A DNA stretch of 63,171 nucleotides, counting the filler, from Octopus bimaculoides (Eukaryota): assembly GCF_001194135.2 (NCBI RefSeq). It is 6 parts of 6 records of this genome, joined end to end, with 100 filler letters (N's around TTAATTAATTAA, not from the genome) between each part and the next. Parts side by side here need not be neighbours in the genome. Positions count along the whole stretch, not along the records: positions 36,700 to 53,359 come from NC_068990.1; 5 more parts are not named here. One strand, given 5' to 3'. Position 1 is the stretch's first letter. Each line of letters begins with the position of its first letter. The translations under genes and the position numbers were made by a program. Of this stretch, positions 39,168 through 52,207 are shown piece after piece. Below the pieces are notes generated by a model. The model was not told the DNA's origin. It did not search any database and worked only from the letters and a program-made list of their open reading frames with translations.

Positions 39168-40339
39168 GACTAACAAACTATTTTTAACCTAATCTTTTCT
39201 CTTGAATTCCCAATAAACTGGGATTGGTTGTTAAAAGGTTTAAGAAGACGTAGATTTTCCAATCGCTTGAGAGATCAATGAACTAAGTTTTCATTTTCAA
39301 TAATCAGCTTCATTTTCACTTTATAAAGGTTTATTTTTTTGTCTTTTTTCTCTTGTGTTATTTGAATACATCCCTTCTCAAAGCAATATCCTATCACCAA
39401 TGATTATAATTTATTCAACATAATCTTCTCATTAAAATAATTTATTCATCTACAATTTAATTATCGACATAATCATTTTCAAGAATATTTCTCTTCTATG
39501 GAACATCTGGTTACTGAACAATGGTTTTCATTTGAACTTCCTCTACAATGCTGACTTTATGGATTCCAAATCATTTTCTAAACCTGTCGAAACTTCCAGA
39601 AAATGCTTTCAATAGATTCCCGATCATTTCTGCTTTTTTCCGTTCCGTTGCAAGCAGACAGTCACTACGTTGATGGTCACTTAATGGAATTTAATGGAAT
39701 GTATTTTTGATTGTAGTCCCGATCTAATTAGAAACTTTTCTTGTTTGGAAATTCAGTGACAAACTGGAACATTTCTTTTTAAGCTCATTGAAGTATCTCA
39801 TAGATTAATAGCATTAATAGAGTTAATAACATGTAAGTGGCAATATATAGAATAATGTAAACAAACAATTCTTAAAGAATTGTACTTTACCTCTTAGTTG
39901 GTGAAAGAAAAGAAAACGAAGTGGTGATCGTAATTGACTCTCGAAGTAAGGGTGATATAATTTAAAGAAATTAAGAATTAATTTGAAAATTGAATTTTTA
40001 TTAATAAAGGGAAATGTAATCTTTCTTATCCAATAGACATGTTTCAGTCTTAATCGACATCATCAATAAAATATAGTTTTCATAAACATCTCCACTCTTA
40101 CCCCTTACCGGCAAATAAAAGTCAAATGTTTATCTTAAACATGGCTATTCAATTTTCGACTAAATTAGTTCTTAATTTCTTGAGACTGTCTCCCTTTTCT
40201 ACCAAATTTTCTGCGTTATTCATTCATCACTACCTTGATACACGCCAGTTATTTTCTTTTGCTCATTTTCTTTCATGTAATTATAAAAACTGAACCGACT
40301 GAAAGCAGTTCCTAACTTTTTTCTACTTGTAAAAATCTG

Positions 40340-40850
40340 TGCACATGGGTCAATACAGTCTTGAGAAAACGGCATTTCGCTGATGAGGTGTGATAATGCA
40401 GAAACATACTAGTAAATAATGTAACCGGGCACATTGGTAAATGGAATTTCTACCCCTATGACGGAGATGTTGCCAACTTCGTTACTATTGAAAATATTAT
40501 GTCTCAGGAAGGATTGTTTTCTTTGAGTATTTTTTTTTTACTGTTCTGTAGGTATGTTCTGGAGTAAATTCTCCTACATTGCGGTTGAAATTAGGGATTC
40601 CTATTCTTCGGAATACTGTATTTCTACGGCGTTTATTGTTTAGTAATTAAGCGATCTTGCGCATTAGTGTATTTATTTGCGATATAAGGGATCGAGGGTG
40701 GTCGTTTTGTTTGATCTGTAGGTATTTGCTGGAGATAATATTCCTTCCATGCGATGGAAATAAGCAGTGGAGAGTGTATTTGTGTGTTTATTGATTTAAT
40801 CAATCTATTCTGTTTAGCAATTAATTTGATAATATTATCATTCTGAATCC
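40340..40850 (-). mobile_element. Decayed Penelope-like RT fragment
   Basis: Across frameshifts: KQNRLIKSIN, SPANTYRSNKT, RSLISQINT..KIA*LLNN, GVEIPFTNVP (compare PLRPIISQI and LDVESLFTNVP of PLE RTs). Confidence 0.5.
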
Positions 40851-41269
40851 TTCTAAAAATATTTTGTCTTTGAATAAATTGATATTTACAATCTGCACTT
40901 CACCACATTGCATAAAATAAACTTGCAAGGAAAGCCATTAACAGACATGTCTTTTCTACAGGAATTCTCCATAAAACAGACGATTAATGATAGCGGCAGT
41001 ACTACATAAAACATCGCAATGGTACAAGAATCTCACAAGCAACATTACATTAGCTACAAAAATGTGAAAAACCTGAATCATGGCATATATATCTAACAGT
41101 AAAATTTCAAATTTTGACGTCATATAAAAACGGCATCAACACACACGCCAACAAGACTCCATTCTGAGGATGAGACTGTGGAGTTCTAAAATTATCTATG
41201 ATTGACTTTTTAAACTTTAATCTTCGAACTGCAAGAAATTCATTCAAAGTTATGGGGGTGAGGGATTGA

Positions 41270-41950
41270 TATAGGAATGAAACAGAATCAGTATCATGTG
41301 TTCAATGCAATTTGTCAAGAAGAAAATCTCTTTCCAATATTTACAAATATAATTCTTCATGATAAAGCAACATTAAAAAATGCACACTACACAAGAGGAT
41401 TCAGAAAGGAATCTGCATCACATTCGATATAGAAAAGATATCATAGAAAAATCAAGAGTTAAAGGAAAATATCGATAAATCAGCCAGATTCTTTATTAAA
41501 CAGATATCTTTTACACATCTAATTAAGAGACGGTAATGTATTCTCAAATCTCAATATTCTATTCTTGGCCTTTTCACAACTAATAAACCACTGCAATGTA
41601 TATTCAAGCCTTAATAATAAACATCTTTTTGCTATCAATTAAGACATAACAATATTTACTCAAGTCTTACATGCATCCTTTTCAAGACTGATAAGACTCA
41701 GCAATAAAAAGATACTAAACAGACCTTTGAAAAGGTTTAATCGCTCTCCTCACGCAAAAAGACAAATTTCTGAACTTCTCACAAATTAACAACCAGATCT
41801 CTGATTTTTTATCAGAGCTCCATGCTCGAAATATCAACATTATGTAGCCAAAATCATCAAAACAAGTATTCCTGTAGAATTTCATTTAAAAATATGTATT
41901 TAAAGAGAACTATAAAGAAACAAAAGCGTGACAAAAGGGATTGATCCAAA
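41270..41950 (+). mobile_element. Decayed Penelope-like ORF N-terminal region
   Basis: FNAICQEENLFPIFTNIILHDKA..GFRK and GLIALLTQKDKFLNFS resemble the FNxxCLxExLLPxYTNIxLHD N-terminus of invertebrate PLE ORFs (recalled, unverified). Confidence 0.45.
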
Positions 41951-42289
41951 ACTCCTTAATTCTTTTAAGCTGTACTGATATATTGTAGGATAAATATAAT
42001 AATAAGAACAATAATCCTTGAATGGAATTCATAAACACTTAATGCATCACTACGTGTGCTTCTACAGTGATCTTAAGAGACCAGTGATTTATGGAAGCAC
42101 ACGGGCGGTGCATTAAATGTTTATAATTCCATCCAAGAATTATTGTTATATATATATATATATNNNNNNNNNNNNNNNNNNNNNNNNNNNNNNNNNNNNN
42201 NNNNNNNNNNNNNNNNNNNNNNNNNNNNNNNNNNNNNNNNNNNNNNNNNNNNNNNNNNNNNNNNNNNNNNNNNNNNNNNNNNNNNNNNT

Positions 42290-42453
42290 ATATATACAAC
42301 GGGCTTCTTTCAGTTTCCATCTACCAAATCAACTTACAAGGTTTTGGTCGGCTCGAGACTATAGTAGAAGGCACTTGCCCAAGGTGCCACGCAGTAAGCC
42401 TGAACCCGGAACCATGTGGTTGGGAAGTAAACTTACCACACAGCCATGCCTAC
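42290..42453 (-). mobile_element. OR1-like SINE 5' half
   Basis: Matches 33360-33525. Confidence 0.85.
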
Positions 42454-43140
42454 GTTTATTGAAAACTCTGTTGTCTGTGTCCGTCTTTTTTTAAACAGTT
42501 GAGTGTAATTTAACAACATTATGGTTTCTATTTCATTGAAGGAAGGACTAAGCAAAAACACGAAACGACTCTCTTGTGATTGCAAATACATCTGTATTTT
42601 AGAATAGTTCTTATTTTTCTGTAAAGTACAAGAGAATATATCTATATATTCTAGCCAACACTGCATGTAAGAGGCAAACATAAATACTTTGATCTTATGA
42701 TGTGAAGCAAGTTTTCCTATTTGTAGATAAAATCTTCATCGTAGAAAACAGAATAAAAACAAAGTATTATTCACACACCAGTAACTCCATATCATTGTTC
42801 TCATGAGATTTCCTTTTAGCAAAACAAAAAATGTCCTCGCGATTTCAATATCTTTAAATTCTGTTCGAATTATTTACTTTATCTGCCGTAATTACCATGT
42901 ACTGAGTTTGTTGTCGTTGTTTGGGAGTTATTTCTTCCTCCTAAATAATATCAATAAGAATAAACGATCCATCATATTTAGAATCATTTGTATATATATA
43001 TATGTACATACGTAAGTATATTTGTATATATATGTACGCTTGCATGCATGTAATGTATGCATAGTATATGTACGTATGTGTCTGTGTGCATACACACACA
43101 CACACACACACACATACATATATATATAAGAGACATGTAT

Positions 43141-43171
<31 letters not shown>

Positions 43172-43259
43172 NNNNNNNNNNNNNNNNNNNNNNNNNNNNN
43201 NNNNNNNNNNNNNNNNNNNNNNNNNNNNNNNNNNNNNNNNNNNNNNNNNNNNNNNNNNN

Positions 43260-43870
43260 TTAGTCTCTCGCACAACTGCACCCCACACATAATAATCAAG
43301 GGGATTGCAGTCTAGGGAGTTATGTGGCCAGATGTTAAGGGTGATGTGGTTGCAGAAATTGTGTTCTCCTGCTTGTGTGGCAGGGTGCAGAGTCCTGTTG
43401 CCAGACATAGAGTCTTCCAGCAGCCATCCTCTTGACCCAGGGCAGCACTAACACTTGATGTAGGCCTCCGTGTTGAGTATGAGGCCGTGTGGGAAGATTA
43501 ATAGAAATGTAACGTCGCCATCACTAGTGATCACTCCAAACACCATGATGTTGACTGGATGTTTGATTATTATCTCTCTCAGGATATGTTTTGGGGACAC
43601 GGCAAATCAACGGTTGTTCTGTGTGTTCACCATCTGATCATGGCTGAAATTTTTCTCGTCTGAGAAAAACCAAAGTATGTTCGATTGGAGAGGATGCTTG
43701 AGTTTGTTCAAAAACTTGGTAACACGGTCTTTCTGCTTATCCATGATGACTTGGGCTAAAAATTGGCCGTTTCTGATCTTGTATGAGGAATACCGAATGT
43801 CATCATGCACATATACTACAGACTGTACTGCACTCATCCCAAGGATACGGACTCTGATGTTAAAGTCATG
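43260..43870 (-). mobile_element. maT/DD37D-like transposase fragment
   Basis: WFFSDEKNFSHDQMVNTQNNR and WPHNSLDCNPLDYYVWGAV. Confidence 0.8.
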
Positions 43871-44331
43871 TGACTTGTGAAAACGCGCGTAGCGATGTAT
43901 TAAATATTTATAAATTTCATTCTAGAAGTATTGTTATCATTATATTTATCCTACAATATATANNNNNNNNNNNNNNNNNNNNNNNNNNNNNNNNNNNNNN
44001 NNNNNNNNNNNNNNNNNNNNNNNNNNNNNNNNNNNNNNNNNNNNNNNNNNNNNNNNNNNNNNNNNNNNNNNNNNNNNNNNNNNNNNNNNNNNNNNNNNNN
44101 NNNNNNNNNNNNNNNNNNNNNNNNNNNNNNNNNNNNNNNNNNNNNNNNNNNNNNNNNNNNNNNNNNNNNNNNNNNNNNNNNNNNNNNNNNNNNNNNNNNN
44201 NNNNNNNNNNNNNNNNNNNNNNNNNNNNNNNNNNNNNNNNNNNNNNNNNNNNNNNNNNNNNNNNNNNNNNNNNNNNNNNNNNNNNNNNNNNNNNNNNNNN
44301 NNNNNNNNNNNNNNNNNNNNNNATATATATA

Positions 44332-44384
<53 letters not shown>

Positions 44385-45689
44385 GGGTGGGTGGAGGAAA
44401 ATTTTTATATGTCTGTGTTCTTGTATTTGTAAATATATACGTATGTATATTTGTATGCATATATGTATATATCTATCTATATTTATGTAATACATATACA
44501 TATATACATATATAGATGCATGTATGCATTCGTTGCCTTGGGCCGTTATCTCCTTGAAAGAGCAGTAGATGTAGCGTCCAGCCAAGTCCATCCTCTTCTG
44601 GTCTGACCACATTCAATTTCTTTTAGAAGTGAGAAAATCTGACAGAAAGAAAGCAAGAGTGAAAGAGAATGACTGACCTCAGGACGGAACTGGGAATCTA
44701 TCTATCGACTGCGAATGGACGAAGGACAAAGTTGACTACAAGAGGATTTGAACTTAGAATGCAGTATACCTGAGTCGAATACCGTGACGTATCCGAAATT
44801 TTTGTGAGTCGGCCAGTTGGTTGCCCTCCAAAAAGACATTTATAAATCTTTCAATAACCTCACATGGTTGGCGCCAGCTCCGTTGAGAAATTGTTCCTAA
44901 ACACACCGGGGAAGTAAAAACAAAACAATGTGGCTGCTCCAGATTCACCTGAACTTGGAGGCGTGCACGAAACTATTTTGTTTAAATCAATGGATTCATT
45001 TATAATTATTTGTTTTCCCGATTCTGTGATGAAAGACAAAATGGAGTCCTGTAAGATCTCAATTCCAATATAGAGATCAAGAAGCTAAGCACTGTAAGAC
45101 GTTCCATTAATAGGGTAGCGTCGCATGCTTCACGCGATTTACACGTTATATCACGTGACTCCAACCAATGTCTGGTAATCTGTGTTCAAACTGTAAACTA
45201 TATAGGAATCAATTTATTGACCTGAAACAAGACATTAGTAATTCTTTTTCACTCAAATTAAATTGACATCATTTAACTTGTCATGATGGCCTTCATTTTT
45301 CAACGAATCCTCCTCTTTCAATCCACAAAAAATTGGATCGTATTCATCCTGAACTAAAGAGTTATATTACCCTACTGAAAACAACTTCTCTACCACCACC
45401 AGCCCGCAAAAAAGCGTGATTTTTTCTCAGTGTGATTAAGATAGGGTAATTAAGATCAATACGGCGAGAGGACAGGTCACGGAGGTGGAATAAAATTGCT
45501 GTTACCATCTACCATTGCATTTCAAAAGCTGGTAGCACTGGTGCAGACACCTGCATGAGTTGAACAGAAAGCATATCATTACTTCAGCAAAGATAATATC
45601 TATTGGATTAGTCAATTTTAAACTAATAATTATATATAAAAAAAAAGTTCTGTTGTGTGTATGGCTTGAAACCTCATATCTTTTCCGAT

Positions 45690-45990
45690 TCAATCTATCT
45701 GGAAAAGAGATGGGAATTGTTACTCATTACAAAAGACATCAGCCATTTCACGAAAGTTTTCTATCTTCATTTGAAATTCTGGTCGCGGAATCAAGGAAAG
45801 TAATTGTAATAACTTCAGTGCAAAAGCATTGCTGGTCAGTGGGTGGTCAATTCACATTTTAGGCCAAGGGTAGTGTACAATTAAAACAAGTACAAGTTAA
45901 TGGAATGATCACATCATTCATTATAGATTCTGGTGCAACACGTAGTTTCATTGATAAAGTAACATCAAGGGATTAAACTCTGAAATAATT
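45690..45990 (+). mobile_element. Ty3/gypsy-like gag zinc-knuckle remnant and aspartic protease fragment
   Basis: KQVQVNGMITSFIIDSGATRSFI (DSG protease motif), with a degenerate CY..K..HF..V knuckle upstream. Confidence 0.6.
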
Positions 45991-46421
45991 ATCCAATCAT
46001 ACACCGCCAACAAATGAGCGTTATATAAGCCTCTTAATCTAGTGTTTGGCTGTTACTGCCAACTAGATGCCCTCAATCGCGCATACGTATTAACACATTC
46101 GAAAGCCTTTCGTAACGAATAGTTTTTCAAGTATCCTAAATGGGATTTTGTAAAGATGGAAAAAATATCAACAAAAAAAAAAGAGAATAAAAAGAGAGAA
46201 AATTAGTGAGATTTTTAAAGAGAAATGAAGGAAGGAATTACAATGAAAGAGAGTGAAATGAGAATGAGTTATTGAGAGATGTAAGCTGGAACAATAAAAG
46301 AGCGTGTAGAAAGAGTTTGAAAGAGAGAAGGCAAATGAAGAAGGTGGTTTTGAAAATACGAAAAAAATCAAAGATTTCAGAAAAGTAAGTCATAGAGTGT
46401 GAGGAAGAGAGGGAGAAAGAC

Positions 46422-46487
<66 letters not shown>

Positions 46488-48389
46488 NNNNNNNNNNNNN
46501 NNNNNNNNNNNNNNNNNNNNNNNNNNNNNNNNNNNNNNNNNNNNNNNNNNNNNNNNNNNNNNNNNNNNNNNNNNNNNNNNNNNNNNNNNNNNNNNNNNNN
46601 NNNNNNNNNNNNNNNNNNNNNNNNNNNNNNNNNNNNNNNNNNNNNNNNNNNNNNNNNNNNNNNNNNNNNNNNNNNNNNNNNNNNNNNNNNNNNNNNNNNN
46701 NNNNNNNNNNNNNNNNNNNNNNNNNNNNNNNNNNNNNNNNNNNNNNNNNNNNNNGAGAGATTGAATAATTTTTTTTTAAGCGGAGAGGGCGTTGAGAGAA
46801 ATGAGAAATTTCAATAAATTTCGAAAAGGAAAAAAGAAAACGAAAGGTAAATGGTGTAAATGGGGGAAAAAATCATATATCTAATGTAATAATTTTTTTT
46901 TTAATTACAGGAAATACTTCTTTTATTAACAGAAAATAGTTGTCATAAAAATATTTCCTATAATTCATTCAGAATCTTGTGCGTAATATCATATATATTA
47001 TTGTACATAATATTGTATGAAATATTGTACCTGATGACCCACAAAATCATGGAGATTTTACTCATTAAGGAAGCAGAGAAGAAGTAAATTAGACTAGCGA
47101 CGCAAGACAAGACCTAGTTGATATACATGCGGCAACAAAAACCATATGAGGTCCTTCTGACCAGAAGAGCAGGAAAAGTAGAAGGAAAAAGAGGAGATAA
47201 ACAGACACAAAGATAACAGCAACAACAACAAAAATAACAAGCCTTGGATGGTGTCGCTATTTCTAAAGAGTAACTGGTTACAGCTCCAGCGCCGACCACT
47301 GTGCTCCAAAATCGGAGGTTGACGATGACCGAGAAATCATCGAGTCTCTTCCTCCATCATAGGACCTGCCAGAGAAAAAGCTGTAACCTCGAGAAAGGTT
47401 GGAAGTTAATAAGAAAAGAGAGTTAAAAGAATGAGGAAAGATAAAGGACAAATATATCCATTACGAAGAGGTACTACCTCCACGGAATCGCTGAATTTTC
47501 CAGTGATCTATGTCAGAGATCGATTGATAGCTAAAATATTACGACTTGGATTTGGAGTGGTGGGGGGACCTTCACAGCTTGATTAAAATTGAAATTGTTC
47601 AGAAGCAATTTTGGAAAACCCAGTTCATTGAAGGTAGTAAGAGCCGTTCTTTGCCCTCTGACCCTACTTATGCAACAGCTTCTTGTCTTTGTGCGAACCC
47701 TCCACACCAGGATGCATTCATACAGGAGCAGGCTCGCCCTCCCTTGTAAATGTTTGTTGCTATTTTATGAATCAAACTTGTCTCCGACTCAGGTTATTGT
47801 CTACAAATTCATGGAGATACAGTTTGTAAGCAGTTTTGTACGTATAACTCCTTTTCGGCCATTAAAGAAACGATTATTATGATTGTTATGTGATATCAGA
47901 ACTTATAGAATTCTTCTGGATCATCATCTGGAAACAACTGATTAACAAAGCTTTGTTCATGAAAATCGTTTGCACCACTGGCACGAATTATGTTTATTTT
48001 CTTTCATTTAATTCATTTCTAAGAAAAACAGAAAACATCTATCAATGAAATAATGGATTTCATTTTTACTACAATTTTGGGGGTGAAGCCCACTTCAACT
48101 TCCAGTGTGCAACCGGTTTTTATGAGGAACTTATAATTCTGAGAATGATTTTTTTAACGTTTTTTAAATGGATCATTGCTCCCCTATTGTTCCTTTTAGT
48201 TTCATTTTATTCAACTCTTTTCACCACAAAATCAATTTAAGGAATTTTTACTTGATATAGAAAAGAGATCATATATTTAGTTTATGGGATATTTCAAACT
48301 GCTCTAGATACGTGTTATGTTAAACCAGCAAATACAACAATTTCAATTCTTGGTAGTGTTAAATCATATGTATTATTATTATTATTATC

Positions 48390-48396
48390 ATTGATG

Positions 48397-48476
<80 letters not shown>

Positions 48477-48830
48477 TAGATTTATTTTTATAGCGTGCTT
48501 TCACTTCACTACCGAGCGCAGCTCTGTGTGCCTTGGGTATGTGCTGTGGTTTGCTGTGATGCTCTTATGGTTACTGTATTGAAAGTGTTTTGCGTAGGAT
48601 GTGTGCAGTGCCCAGTAGTGCAATTTTCTGTATGTTATATATATTTGTAAGTCCTGGTGTCTTTGTTATGTATTTGTCTGAATATTTTTTTATTATACCT
48701 AAGGCGCCAACTATGATAGGAATTATTTCTGTTTTTAGATGCCACATTCGAATTACCTCTATTTCCAGGTCTTTGTGTTTTGAAAGTTTCTTCTAGAGAA
48801 ACGTTGTCATCTGCTGGTATTGATACATTA

Positions 48831-48906
<76 letters not shown>

Positions 48907-48947
48907 TACGACGACTACTACTACTATTACTACTACTACTACTACTA

Positions 48948-49019
<72 letters not shown>

Positions 49020-49030
49020 TTATTATTATT
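48390..49030. repeat. (ATT)n and (ACT)n microsatellites flanking the R4/Dong fragment
   Basis: Direct reading. Confidence 0.95.
48474..48828 (-). mobile_element. 5'-truncated R4/Dong-like element (RLE C-terminus and 3' UTR)
   Basis: VSIPADDNVSL..KYKDLEIEVIRMWHLKTEIIPIIVGALGIIKKYSDKYITKTPGLTNIYNIQKIALLGTAHILRKTLSIQ*, then a UTR and an (AAT)n tail. Confidence 0.85.
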
Positions 49031-49968
49031 ACCTGTAAGAGAACGGTTTCTTTGTCTAGGAAGGTGGCTTAATTTTTTCTGATAAAAGAAATATTTACTT
49101 TGAGCCATTCTCTGAACAGAAATCTTGGATGCGGATTAGATTAGCGAATGAAAGACTGTATAGTTGTATATGTGATGTATGTGTTTATATGTATGTCTAT
49201 ATGAATGCTTGCTTATTTGTGTAGTGCATATAGTAACAGTTTAAAGCTCAAATCAGTACCTAACACTTGAACTCTTATAAATTCAATAAGCAATTGTTGA
49301 GATGTAACAGGCGCGCATCAAACTTTAATTGGACGAAAGCAGAAGTAGAAATGTTGGATTGGTCTCCTTGTAAATGTGGCAACACATCGAAACAAACATC
49401 AGCTACGACTCAATTGGAAGAGCTCTTATAGAATCAGCACGGTGTTGTGAATCAAACAAGACTAGATTTCGAATTTGTAATTAGGAGTTAATTACTACGG
49501 CGGTGTACATCCCCAGCTCTTAACTTTGACAGGAAAATCGTCTAAAATAATACATGCCAAAACGAATTTGTGTGTGTCAGTGTGTCACACTTTGACCCTC
49601 TCTCTCACTATTCAATGACACTTCTACTATTCCTCATATTAGGGTTAGAGTAATAGTGGCATAGAGACGGTGGGAGCGGTAGTAGGTTGACGGTTGTGTT
49701 GGTAATGGGGTAATAGTAATAGTATGAGCTGAAGTGTGATAGAAGCGGAGGCGACGGTGATGATGGTGGTGGTGGTGGTAGCCGAGGTGGTCAGGGATGA
49801 CGGTGATAATAAGCGATATAAAAGACAGTGGTGATGGTGGTGAAGAGGAAGGCGGCGGAGTCAAGGTATTGATGGTAGTGGTGTTAGAAGTCTGAATGGT
49901 GCGTGTGTATGGCTGTTGTGGTGGCGATGGTGGTGGTACTGGTGATGGTGATGGTTGAAACAATCAGC

Positions 49969-50059
<91 letters not shown>

Positions 50060-50128
50060 NNNNNNNNNNNNNNNNNNNNNNNNNNNNNNNNNNNNNNNNN
50101 NNNNNNNNNNNNNNNNNNNNNNNNNNNN

Positions 50129-50197
<69 letters not shown>

Positions 50198-50399
50198 GGG
50201 GGAACAAAGAGATTCGATAGAAAAAAAATCATGAAGTGGGCCTATGGCCCAATGAAGAGCCCTCAACAGGAGCCAGCTTAAAATAAGATAGAATATATTG
50301 AGGCGAGTCTGCAATATTTCATAAGTGCTAGTTTGCGGTATGTATATCACTTGACCGAAGCATTTCAAGCCATGGAAGGTACCTGCCGAGATTGGTAGT

Positions 50400-51082
50400 A
50401 TCATTGTTGTTGGTGCGCTGACACGACATGCATTACTTCACTTCCGTGTGTGATTTGAAAGCCGCACAGATGAACGTGCAACTTAGTGTAATTCGGAAGC
50501 TTTTGCTTTACGAGTTCGAACTGGGTCATAACGCCGCAGAAACAATCAAAACCGTTTGTTGTGTGAAAGGTGAAGGTGCAGTTGATCACAGTACTGTAAC
50601 CAGATGGTTCGAGAAATATCGATGATGAAGAAAGGTCAGGGAAGTCTATAACTTTGGATTCCAAGGCCGTTCTCCAAGCCATAGAGGGAAATCTGATGAG
50701 TAGGACTCGGAGAGTATTAGGCGAGCTCAGCATTTGACAGATGTATGCCTTTGTATGGCAAAAATACCCGGCATTGATTAATAGAGAGTTCTTCCGCAAC
50801 AAGACAACGCTCGAACGACCCGGAATAGTGTCCGGACCTAGCTCCTCTCGGATTATTACTTGTTCCGATCCATGACTCACTCGTGACGCTTCATCAACCA
50901 ATGGAGGTGGAAGCTTCAGTGAAAGAGTTCTTCGTCTTGAAGGACAAGAACTGGTATCAGCGTGAGATCAAAGAACTGGCAGAAAGGAGGCTTCAGATGG
51001 AATGTTTGGTTGCTTTTGTTGTAACTTGACGAATAAAGCAAATACATTACAAAAAGGTTGAAAAACTTTTGATACAACACAA
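50400..51082 (+). mobile_element. Internally deleted mariner remnant
   Basis: LLYEFELGHNAAET..KGEGAVDHSTVTRWFEK and PDLAP.DYYLFRSM..KDKNWYQREIKELAER. Confidence 0.8.
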
Positions 51083-52135
51083 TAAATCCTAAATTATCAG
51101 AAAAATGTGTTACTTGATGGACAGTTTGTGAGATGAATGCAACAGTTGTTTGTAGAAAGGAGGTTTCAAGAAGAAAGTGAAATCTTTTGCAGTTGTCTCT
51201 TTATACAAGTTGTTATCTACCGCCAAAGTACGCTCAGCCATAATTCTTTTACTAGGGAATGACATAGAATGCAAACCATTTGGTCAATTGCTTCAAAATA
51301 GTTATCCAGAAGGGTTACAACACGATCATTATAAAGTGACATCGTTCAATTGAGACCAAGCAAACCAACGATCAACGGTCCTGACAAATCAAGAGGTTTC
51401 ATATGACCGGGTTTAAGTTTTTTTCTATTCAGTCAGTGTGAAATGTAGGGCCGTTGCTGTAACCCCTGAATAGGCCTCTGAAGCTGGTAGGAGGGAGGTA
51501 AGAAGTTACACATAAAAGTTCCCTCGTCATTACTCTTTCCCTTTCTCGCTTTCTCTCTCTCTCATTCGTTCTCTTTCAATCTCTCTTCTCTTGCTGTCTG
51601 TCTCTCTTTCTCTCTTTCCCTCCCACTCATTTTTGCATCTGAAACTTTTTCTTTAAATATTTTTTAAATCCTTGAAAACACTCAAGGAATTTCTGGACAT
51701 TGAATTCCATATTCTTCAATAAATTTTCAAAATGCAATCATTATCATTAATTTATTGTCATAAACAATAATTAGTTACAATCAAAACAGTAATTAAATTA
51801 AAATTAAAAAATTGAACGAATTTTTTATTCTTCAAAAATATTCGCCACTCTGATGATTAGGGTTTTAATTAGAGAAATGATAATTCATATTTTATTGAAA
51901 TTCATATTCTGTTAATATTTCTATTAATTCTGTTCATGAATTATCAGAATGCGACCATGCTGGAGTATCGTCTTGAATGGTTTTGGTCAATTCTATTGAT
52001 TTAAAAACTATGTCTGATATATATATATACCAATATATATATTATATTCAAATATATATATATATTATATTCTTTTATTTGTTTCAGTCATTTGATTGAG
52101 GCCATGCTGGAGTACCGTCTTTTAAAAGTATAACC

Positions 52136-52207
52136 CGCCCCGGCTGGGAAAGGAACCCCGGTCTCCCGCGTGACAGGCAGGGACACTTACCATTATACTA
52201 CCGAGGA
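52136..52207 (-). pseudogene. tRNA-Asp(GTC) pseudogene
   Basis: 72 nt TCCTCGGTAGTATAATGGTAAGTGTCCCTGCCTGTCACGCGGGAGACCGGGGTTCCTTTCCCAGCCGGGGCG. GTC anticodon intact; B-box GTTCGA changed to GTTCCT; T-stem and 1:72 mismatches; no CCA; TTTT shortly downstream. Confidence 0.9.

Noticed and set aside
40372-40425. CUGAUGA...GAAAC...GUA hammerhead-like string
   Set aside because: Stem I cannot form, and it lies antisense within the decayed PLE RT sequence; likely chance.
44897-44948. 52-nt GT-AG intron on the minus strand with a downstream EQFLNGAGANHV peptide
   Set aside because: Very short intron, no recognisable protein and no supporting chain of exons.
47027-47065. CUGAUGA with a short CCA/UGG hairpin
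   Set aside because: No GAAA, stem III or stem I.
47540-47880. Possible gypsy integrase remnant
   Set aside because: Only vague LF..FGKP similarity; no DDE motif could be aligned convincingly.
49634-49963. Pro/His/Thr-rich 109-aa ORF
   Set aside because: Degenerate (GGT/GAT)n low-complexity tract.
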